A stretch of DNA of 64,000 nt, taken from a virus (taxonomy: Duplodnaviria; Heunggongvirae; Uroviricota; Caudoviricetes). The notes beneath the pieces are model-generated. The model was not told the DNA's origin. It made no database searches and saw only the letters and a list, made by a program, of their open reading frames with translations. The stretch is from the IMG/VR virus record IMGVR_UViG_3300042892_003674, one strand, 5' to 3'. Below, one piece after another: positions 56,943-64,000 of this stretch (the first letter of the stretch is position 1; each line of letters begins with the position of its first letter). A program made the translations under genes and the position numbers.

Positions 56943-57367
56943 ATCTCATTATTATATTTTACATAAATGCTTATTCCCGAAATCTCTTCTATAGTATGTG
57001 ATTTTAATTCCTCTATTGTAAATGGAGTACTTTCATAATTAAGATCCCATACTAATATAATTTGTTCATCATCCAATCTATCTTCTAGATTATAAGGTCC
57101 AAAAGCAGGAACTAATTTATATTTTTTATTTAAAATCTCTATAAATGGAATTAAATGATCTTTAACATCAATCCATCTAATATTTTGATGATTATCTGTA
57201 TGAATCTCTATTGCTACACAACTATCCTCGTAAGTATATACAGAAAGTTTAATATTATCATCATCTAATAAGTAAGCTAAATACATTTCACTAACTTCTT
57301 TTAGTTCATTTATAAAGTCTTCAATATAAAGATTCTCAAATAATTTATAAAACTTCAAATATTTCAT
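56939..57367 (-). CDS. Hypothetical protein; N-terminal signature family.
   Basis: 142 aa; MKYLKFYKLFENLYIEDF. Confidence 0.65.
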   Translation of the reverse strand: MKYLKFYKLFENLYIEDFINELKEVSEMYLAYLLDDDNIKLSVYTYEDSCVAIEIHTDNHQNIRWIDVKDHLIPFIEILNKKYKLVPAFGPYNLEDRLDDEQIILVWDLNYESTPFTIEELKSHTIEEISGISIYVKYNNEI

Positions 57368-58320
57368 TACTTTAACTTAATATGTACATATAACCAAAAT
57401 GAGTGTGGTTTAACACTAATCAAAACTTTTTGACCCCATTTTTTAGTCATAACCCAAGAAGTGAAATTGTTTTTAATATTCAAAAGTTCACCTTCATCTA
57501 ATTTACCATTATCCCATTTACCAATACCATAGTATCCAAATGAAATTACTTTATCAGAAATTGTTGGTTTTGATTCTTTTTCAAAATATCCAGGTTTAAA
57601 ATCTTTCATATCAGTTTTAATCTTACCAAGAAGTAACATATCGGTATGTGATATATTTACAATTTCTTTTTTCAAAGAAGCTGCTGATTTAGATTCAATA
57701 GTTACTAACCATCTTACAACTGAAGGAGTTAGTTTGAATTGTCCAATTGGATTCAATTTATCATAAGTAACACCATATTCAAATGTTCCATCACATTTAA
57801 TACCAAAGTAAAGACCACATTCATTTTTACCATAATCAATCATATCTAAATATCTTGTCAATGATTTGAATCTACTAAAGACAGATTTAACATCTGTTGA
57901 AGATAACTCTGGATAATAATAAAATAATAAGAAGTGAGAAGGACATTTTTCAATATTTGAAGTTTTGTCTTTTTGACCTAATGCAGTCAATGATTTTAGA
58001 AATGAATTAAAGATTGATTTACCTGCAATTGTAATTTCTGCAGACTCATTAATTTCAGTTGAGACTAAAACCTCTGGATCTTTCTCCTCGATTCCATTTT
58101 GTAGATAAGTATCAATTTGTGATTTAATATCATCTTGTTCAGATTGTTCTAACATATTTATAGCATTAGACAGTCTTATAGTAGAAGGGATATCCCCTAA
58201 AAATCGATTTACTATGTTTTTAACATATTCATCATCATACAAAGACTCAACCCACTCTCCAAGTGAATTGAAGTCTTGTAATTCAGATTCTTTAATAAAC
58301 TCTAAATACTTTTTTATCAT
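57367..58320 (-). CDS. Hypothetical protein; N-terminal signature family.
   Basis: 317 aa; MIKKYLEFIKESELQDF. Confidence 0.75.
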   Translation of the reverse strand: MIKKYLEFIKESELQDFNSLGEWVESLYDDEYVKNIVNRFLGDIPSTIRLSNAINMLEQSEQDDIKSQIDTYLQNGIEEKDPEVLVSTEINESAEITIAGKSIFNSFLKSLTALGQKDKTSNIEKCPSHFLLFYYYPELSSTDVKSVFSRFKSLTRYLDMIDYGKNECGLYFGIKCDGTFEYGVTYDKLNPIGQFKLTPSVVRWLVTIESKSAASLKKEIVNISHTDMLLLGKIKTDMKDFKPGYFEKESKPTISDKVISFGYYGIGKWDNGKLDEGELLNIKNNFTSWVMTKKWGQKVLISVKPHSFWLYVHIKLK

Positions 58321-58323
58321 AGA

Positions 58324-58340
58324 GTATATATTAAAATTAT
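58324..58340 (-). promoter_or_regulatory. Upstream motif TTTTAATATATACTCT before the ATG at 58320.
   Basis: Minus strand reads ATAATTTTAATATATACTCTATG. Confidence 0.45.
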
Positions 58341-58348
58341 ATTTTACT

Positions 58349-61300
58349 TTATTTAATTTTTCTATTTACTAGTATACCTAAACCATGAGATTCTTTATAG
58401 TTATAAAATTCTAAATCATAGTTGTGTGATAATTCTTGACAAGCTCTTTTTACTTCAGGAAAAGATTCGGTATCATGAAAAATTGTAACTCTTGAATGTT
58501 GTACTGACCAGGCACCACATTCATATGTATGTTCAAAGTCATGAATTATATCAATATGTACTAATCCATAATTATCTGAGTTATCTTTAATAAAATCCTT
58601 ATAATCAGACTTTACTAATTCAATATTTTTATATGATTCTAAATAACTTTTAGTTTGTTCTAAATGAACATCTTTTATATTACTATGGATATCCCCAGTG
58701 AATGTATCCACTCCTATTACATTAGTAAAGTAGTTAGATATTGCAGAAGTTGAATATCCATATTCTACACCAAATTCTAAGGCATTAGTTGTATCAATAT
58801 CAAATCTTTCAATAATGTCTTTTAAAATAGTTGGTATATTACCCCAAGCAGAAGGACGTGGTTGTTCTGCCAATCTTGGAAAGTCTCTATTTTCGGGAAA
58901 AAACTCTATTTCATTATTACTTCTATATTGTGGAGTTTTACCAGATTCTATTATAGATATTACTTGTTTAGATGTAATTGATTTACTACACTCAAACTGT
59001 TTATCAGTTCCTTTATTTACTGGACACCAATTCCAGTCACCTGCATCTAGCCTATAAGTATTGAAACATCCATTACAGACGGATTCATTAAATATTCTAA
59101 TAACATTATCATCTAATGGTTCAGTAACAGGTTTACTAAACCCTGATATAATTACGGTCTTTTTATTTAAAGCCCAAGATAACCAACTAATACCGGAACT
59201 TATACCAATAAACATTTCACAGTTATATAAATATGTCATTAAAGTATCCATAGAATTATCTTTCATATAAAGTACTCCTTTTGGATTTACATTACCCATA
59301 TATCCACTTTCTTCAGAACTTACAATCACAACTTCATAACCTTTTAATTTATAGTGATCTACAATTTCTTGCCAACCGTTTGGATTATTCCAATACTTTG
59401 CTTGTGCAGTTGAATGTATTGCAATACAAATATATTTGGTATCCAATGGTGATTCTCTATTTATCACTTTAAGAAATGGTTTTATTGAACTTTCTTTCAA
59501 TCCTAAAATATCGGATGTTGTTGCTTGTAAAGGTATATTTTTAAAGTCCCTTGGATTTTTATAAATATTTATTTTATTATTATCATAAAACCATCCTATC
59601 ATATAATTACAATAAGTATTCTCATAATTTGCACCAGGATTTACAAAGTGTAACCTAGGATATTTTTCAGTCTCAAATAAAAAGTTCTTAAATGTACTAA
59701 GAATTACAACACAGTTATTTTTTTCTGCAAACTCATTTACATGTGGCATCCACGCTAATGTATCCCCTAAAGATGATGAATCTAAACTAACTCTAACAAT
59801 TTTATTATCTAAATCAAATTTGTTAATAGTTATCTCATTTGTTGATAAATTTTGAATTTCTATTCTCCAATTTACAAAATATTTTATAGAGCATCTAGTC
59901 CATTGATTTGGTGATATGGTACATTCATATAGCAAATTATCACTATTAGAATCTATAAACTTAATAAGGTATTTATAATCTGAATCACCAAGTACTTCTA
60001 CAAATGGTCCATCTAAATAATTTACTATTATTTTATCTTCTTTCTTATTGATAAAATCTATATTATCTAATATACCAGGTGTTTTAATATTTATAGATCC
60101 TGTCGCATCATCAATATTAAATATGTCTGAATCTACAGAAATACCTTTTTCTAAATCACTTCTATTAATTTTTATTAGTTTACATTTTTCATTTGCAGTA
60201 ATTACATATTTTTTACTATCTATTGATAGATTATAATTTTGCCCATTATTTTGCATAAAAACAATATAATAATTATTATCATTTTTTGCTATCATGCAAC
60301 CAGAACTGGAAATCCAACGAGTGTTTACTGCTATAGCATTTACTATATTATTTTGTCTTATTGTATCAATATCAATTAAATGATATTTAATATTATTCTC
60401 AATTATTGTGGATCCAATAACATTTTCTAATGTTACTGAACCAGGATATTTGAAATAGTTTCTTTTTGAATTTAGATCTTTTACAATAGTATTAAATAAA
60501 GAAATATTTACCGAAAAGAATCCTGTATTTACTGCTAATTTTTCATTATATGTATTCCATTTATAACTAACAAGATCGTTACTATCTAGTAGTAGTGAGT
60601 TATTCTCTAATGTATCATCATTTATTACATAATCATAATTTACAAAGTGAACCTTCTCAAATCCATTCAGTTCTGCTAATATACCGGCATTTTTTATTAG
60701 TTTAAGTGCTGCATAACTGTGATTAAAATCAAATGGTTTTGTAACATCAAAATCATTAAAACTCCAAAATGTAAATATTGTATCACTTGTATATTCTTTT
60801 GACTCTTTAAAAGTTATTGTTGGATTATCTCTATCAATTATAACATAGTCTGATAAACTACTTATATGTTGTGGTATATCTATATGAGAAGATATAATCG
60901 TGGTATATCCATTTCTTTTATTTGCAAGTACACATTTTTCTAATAAATCTAATTTTTCATCATCATCTGCGTGTGACATAACAATAACCACATCATCTTT
61001 GGTTATTTCAAATTTTGTATTCATATCTACTATTTCCTTTAGTGTATTGAATCCATCTTTACCAATTTTACTCCAATTAAAATTACTTTTAATTATTTCG
61101 GCATCTTTTAAGGCAGATTCTTTTTTGGTTTGATAGTTTTCATAACAATCAATTAAAACTCTCTGTAAATCATTATAATCAGGTTCTGCGTATAATCCAG
61201 GTGTATCACCAGCAAATCCCAAATCTTTACCTATATTCGCAGATAATTCTGTTCTTATAGCAACTGGATTTCCTAATCCTTGTGCAAATTCTAATTGAGC

Positions 61301-62176
61301 ACCCCAATTTGAGTATGTTGTAGGTGTTCCTGCGGCCATAGCTTCAATTAAAGGAATATTCCATCCTTCACTGCGTGCACAGGTAATTAAAACATTACCG
61401 GTTTTAATATAATTTACATACTCTTCATATTTTGGAAAGTGAAGAACCTTTATTCTATCATCATTAAAATTATAATGTTTTAATCTTTCTTCTGTTGATT
61501 CAAATCCATCCACCGAATAAGGATTATCTGCGCTTAATATAAGTTCGACATTATCATTATTAGGAAATGATTTTAAAAAGGTATCAATTATTTCAGGAAC
61601 TGCTTTTCTATAGTCCCATCTACCAAAAAACATAAATTTGAACTTATCATTATCACTTTCAATATGATCGAAGAATATAGAATTTACTCCTTCATTTACA
61701 ATAAAAACTTTATCTACAGGATAACCTTGTTTGATTATCATATCTTTGTGCCATTGTGTAACAACCCAAAGGTAGTCAAACTTTAGAAGCTGATTAAAAA
61801 ACCCTTGTTCTAGTTCTGTACTTTCCCAAACGGTGTAGGCTATTTTTATTTTTGCATCATAGTCTTCATAGAAATATCTATGGTGCATATCCATAAGTAC
61901 AATATCAACATCTTGTTTAAAATCTTGTTTATGTATCCAAGGTAGATTTGGAAATGAATATGATATAGGATAATCAGATTGTGTATTATCTGAATTGCTT
62001 AATGTGATCTTATCTAAAATTGAATAGTCAATTTCGTCTAATTTAGGATTAGAATCCCAAGTATAGTTTCTAACTCTTAGATCAACGTGTTTTGATAATT
62101 CTCTAAAAAAATTTCTTGCGTGTGAGGCAAAGCCAGTGTGTCCTAAATAGCAAGTATGTGCTCTAACTTTAATCAT
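58349..62176 (-). CDS. Giant multidomain glycosyltransferase / methyltransferase.
   Basis: 1275 aa. N-terminal GT4-like (GT-B) domain with EGWNIPLIEAMAAGTP (E-x7-E); a central GT-like region; a C-terminal class-I SAM-methyltransferase motif (ALEFGVEYGYST ... VIGVD). Confidence 0.8.
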   Translation of the reverse strand: MIKVRAHTCYLGHTGFASHARNFFRELSKHVDLRVRNYTWDSNPKLDEIDYSILDKITLSNSDNTQSDYPISYSFPNLPWIHKQDFKQDVDIVLMDMHHRYFYEDYDAKIKIAYTVWESTELEQGFFNQLLKFDYLWVVTQWHKDMIIKQGYPVDKVFIVNEGVNSIFFDHIESDNDKFKFMFFGRWDYRKAVPEIIDTFLKSFPNNDNVELILSADNPYSVDGFESTEERLKHYNFNDDRIKVLHFPKYEEYVNYIKTGNVLITCARSEGWNIPLIEAMAAGTPTTYSNWGAQLEFAQGLGNPVAIRTELSANIGKDLGFAGDTPGLYAEPDYNDLQRVLIDCYENYQTKKESALKDAEIIKSNFNWSKIGKDGFNTLKEIVDMNTKFEITKDDVVIVMSHADDDEKLDLLEKCVLANKRNGYTTIISSHIDIPQHISSLSDYVIIDRDNPTITFKESKEYTSDTIFTFWSFNDFDVTKPFDFNHSYAALKLIKNAGILAELNGFEKVHFVNYDYVINDDTLENNSLLLDSNDLVSYKWNTYNEKLAVNTGFFSVNISLFNTIVKDLNSKRNYFKYPGSVTLENVIGSTIIENNIKYHLIDIDTIRQNNIVNAIAVNTRWISSSGCMIAKNDNNYYIVFMQNNGQNYNLSIDSKKYVITANEKCKLIKINRSDLEKGISVDSDIFNIDDATGSINIKTPGILDNIDFINKKEDKIIVNYLDGPFVEVLGDSDYKYLIKFIDSNSDNLLYECTISPNQWTRCSIKYFVNWRIEIQNLSTNEITINKFDLDNKIVRVSLDSSSLGDTLAWMPHVNEFAEKNNCVVILSTFKNFLFETEKYPRLHFVNPGANYENTYCNYMIGWFYDNNKINIYKNPRDFKNIPLQATTSDILGLKESSIKPFLKVINRESPLDTKYICIAIHSTAQAKYWNNPNGWQEIVDHYKLKGYEVVIVSSEESGYMGNVNPKGVLYMKDNSMDTLMTYLYNCEMFIGISSGISWLSWALNKKTVIISGFSKPVTEPLDDNVIRIFNESVCNGCFNTYRLDAGDWNWCPVNKGTDKQFECSKSITSKQVISIIESGKTPQYRSNNEIEFFPENRDFPRLAEQPRPSAWGNIPTILKDIIERFDIDTTNALEFGVEYGYSTSAISNYFTNVIGVDTFTGDIHSNIKDVHLEQTKSYLESYKNIELVKSDYKDFIKDNSDNYGLVHIDIIHDFEHTYECGAWSVQHSRVTIFHDTESFPEVKRACQELSHNYDLEFYNYKESHGLGILVNRKIK

Positions 62177-62220
62177 TAAATTATTTTATTCTTTATATGT
62201 GAATATAATAGTTTGTTTAG

Positions 62221-62394
62221 TTAAATTATCTCTTTTGGGAAATATCCTGGACGTATTTCTTCGGTCGTACCATAATATTCTTCTATTAGATAAAGTTGAT
62301 TATAATTATCATAATATGTGATTTTTCTTCTATCTTGTATAATACCCTGAATTTCTACTTGATAGTCTTCGATTTCATAAGTTCCTTGTTTCAT
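62221..62394 (-). CDS. Hypothetical small protein. The internal ATG at 62394, placed directly after the upstream stop, is more plausible than the ORF-track start at 62469.
   Basis: MKQGTYEIEDYQVEIQGIIQDRRKITYYDNYNQLYLIEEYYGTTEEIRPGYFPKEII. Confidence 0.4.
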   Translation of the reverse strand: MKQGTYEIEDYQVEIQGIIQDRRKITYYDNYNQLYLIEEYYGTTEEIRPGYFPKEII

Positions 62395-62396
62395 AT

Positions 62397-64000
62397 TTAA
62401 TATCTTATTTTTACGTGAGCTAATATCCTCACTGATGTTGGTGCAGTTACCCAAACTGGTGTTACCCAAGTTATTTGTAAAAAGTCTCCGGTAGTAACTG
62501 CAAGAGGTGTACTTAAAACATAGTTATCTATTAAACCACTACCACTATTGGTTGTTACTGTATTTGAAATTACTCGTGATGTACCTTGTGTAACATTAAT
62601 CATGTTAAATGTACTAAATTCACCAGTACCTGCTAAACCTGATGGATATCTTAGAATTGACACCTCTGTTATAGATCCGGTGAATTGACTTATAGATTGT
62701 CTAAATACAAAATTGGTAACTGTTGCAGAAAGATCTGTTAAAGTTCCTATATAATAAATAACACCACCACTATTAGCAGGTGAAATTGGACCACTACCAA
62801 AACGATATATTACATCACCACTTGTACCTGATGTACCTGATGTACCTGAAGATCCTCCTGGGCCAACAGGACCAACGGGACCTTCAATTAAAGCATTTAT
62901 TGACCTAATATTAAAGTTTATACTTGCGAATGTAATAGTATTTGTTCCTATACCACCACCTCCAGACTGTCTTACCATCATTCTTACTGTATGAGAACTA
63001 AGTGCAGAAAGTGAGAAGATACCAGTTACTGATAATTCTCTAGGTGTTGTAGTAAATGAGGGAGTAGATATAGTAGTTAACATACCAACAACCGGATCTA
63101 CACCATCTATTGATACACCTATTTCAATACCATTACCGGTAGCTTCACCTTTGAAACAAGCTAGAGTGATTACAAATTGATAATAAATATCACTATCTTT
63201 CGAATCAATAGTTAGAGTATCAAGACCATCATATGTAACATCACTCGAGACTTCCCCATCAATAAGGTTGAATCCATTACTTATGGCAACCCAAGGTTTG
63301 GCACCAGAACCAGTACCAAGTGTGTTTGAGAAAGAAGATGCTGCATAAAGTTCCGCATAAACTAGTTCTGAACCAACTGGTAAAGGTTTTCCACTATAAT
63401 TCCAAGAGATTGTATAATTTTTACCGGCAGTTATTGTTCCTGCTCCTGCTAAATAAGAAACTGTAAATGTTGTAAACCATCCACCAAGAATACTTGAGAT
63501 TATTGATGTAATATCATATAATCCAATAATATTATTAGAACCTACTTCAACTAATTGTATAATTGCACTATTGCCATTAGCAACTATAGTTTCTATAGAA
63601 GATAACCAAGCTATATAGTCATCAGATACTCCTGTTAAAGAAGTTGATGAGATTACTATTGTAGTAATTGATCCAACTGAACTTGAATTAGTATTAAATT
63701 TAGTAACATTTGGATTACCAGTAGAACTAGTACTATTCAATAACCATCTTCCAGAGTTTGAACTATCATTACCTGCGATACCACTAGTACCACTTGAACC
63801 ACTTGAACCAGATCCTACAGAACTCCAAGTTGCTAAACCATTTGCATCAGAAACAAGAACTTTACCTGCACCTTGTGATCCATCTTCTAATCTAAAAGCA
63901 GATGATGTTGAATAAATATGTAGATTTGTAGATGGACCGGTTAAACCAATACCAACATCTCCTTTAAGAATTGTTTTAGTCGCTAAATCATTACCTAAAG
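62397..64000 (-). CDS. Structural protein with Gly/Ser/Thr collagen-like stretches. It is 5'-partial: the reading frame stays open to the window edge, and the ORF-track start is a TTG.
   Basis: The frame remains open upstream of 63740 (…SGSSGTSGIAGNDSSNSGRWL-LNSTSS…). Contains GPVGPVGPGGSSGTSGTSGTSG. Confidence 0.8.
   Translation of the reverse strand, partial: LGNDLATKTILKGDVGIGLTGPSTNLHIYSTSSAFRLEDGSQGAGKVLVSDANGLATWSSVGSGSSGSSGTSGIAGNDSSNSGRWLLNSTSSTGNPNVTKFNTNSSSVGSITTIVISSTSLTGVSDDYIAWLSSIETIVANGNSAIIQLVEVGSNNIIGLYDITSIISSILGGWFTTFTVSYLAGAGTITAGKNYTISWNYSGKPLPVGSELVYAELYAASSFSNTLGTGSGAKPWVAISNGFNLIDGEVSSDVTYDGLDTLTIDSKDSDIYYQFVITLACFKGEATGNGIEIGVSIDGVDPVVGMLTTISTPSFTTTPRELSVTGIFSLSALSSHTVRMMVRQSGGGGIGTNTITFASINFNIRSINALIEGPVGPVGPGGSSGTSGTSGTSGDVIYRFGSGPISPANSGGVIYYIGTLTDLSATVTNFVFRQSISQFTGSITEVSILRYPSGLAGTGEFSTFNMINVTQGTSRVISNTVTTNSGSGLIDNYVLSTPLAVTTGDFLQITWVTPVWVTAPTSVRILAHVKIRY
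62824..62850 (-). repeat. 9-nt tandem repeat x3 (gtacctgat) encoding (SGT)n.
   Basis: gtacctgat gtacctgat gtacctgaa. Confidence 0.7.

Noticed and set aside
1-64000. CRISPR arrays, integrases, transposases and IS elements.
   Set aside because: No spacer-repeat periodicity, no recombinase motifs and no terminal inverted repeats were seen. The tandem repeats present are coding.
1-64000. A eukaryotic giant virus (Mimiviridae or klosneuvirus-like) origin, suggested by the AT-richness, aaRS, NAD ligase and tRNAs.
   Set aside because: The sigma-70/ECF factor, SmpB, bacterial TyrRS with an S4 domain, YqeY, a Sec signal peptide with a bacterial cleavage context, operon-style 1-nt stop/start overlaps and intrinsic terminators all indicate a bacteriophage.

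Overview
This is a very AT-rich (~30% GC), densely packed window with a virus-like architecture. Judged from sequence alone, it most likely comes from a jumbo bacteriophage of a host that does not use Shine-Dalgarno sites, since no GGAGG-like sequence is seen upstream of any start codon. The evidence for a bacterial host rather than a eukaryotic giant virus is a bacterial-type sigma-70/ECF factor, SmpB, a bacterial TyrRS, a YqeY/GatB domain protein, and a secreted protein with a bacterial signal peptide. The window contains: (i) an array of 15 minus-strand tRNA genes (4929..6402) in two blocks; (ii) a translation-associated gene set (TyrRS, YqeY, SmpB, a multi-S1-domain protein, an L7/L12-CTD-like protein, thioredoxin, a sigma factor); (iii) NAD-dependent DNA ligase, an SbcC/Rad50-like ATPase, a T5orf172 domain protein, a DnaJ-like protein, a Sir2 deacylase, CoaE-like, HD-domain and M16-peptidase-like proteins, a flotillin and a 1275-aa multidomain glycosyltransferase/methyltransferase; (iv) several giant repeat-rich ORFs of 1000-1800 aa with low-complexity, Gly/Asn-rich tandem repeats. 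These include an NTAxG repeat array and a C-terminal Hint (intein-like) domain. The most notable signal is that each tRNA block is preceded by the same module: a TTTTAATATATA motif, a tiny ORF, an intrinsic-terminator hairpin, then the tRNAs. The amino acids enriched in each tiny ORF match the anticodons of the tRNAs immediately downstream: F/K/H/W before Lys/Phe/His/Trp tRNAs, and Ser plus one Arg before four Ser tRNAs and one Arg tRNA. I interpret this as a leader-peptide attenuator acting on tRNA operons. Other recurring signals are a conserved upstream TTTAATATATA motif with an exact 17-mer upstream of three genes, terminator-then-promoter tandems, and a seven-member protein family sharing an N-terminal M(K/R)Y(L/I)KK(F/Y)NE signature.
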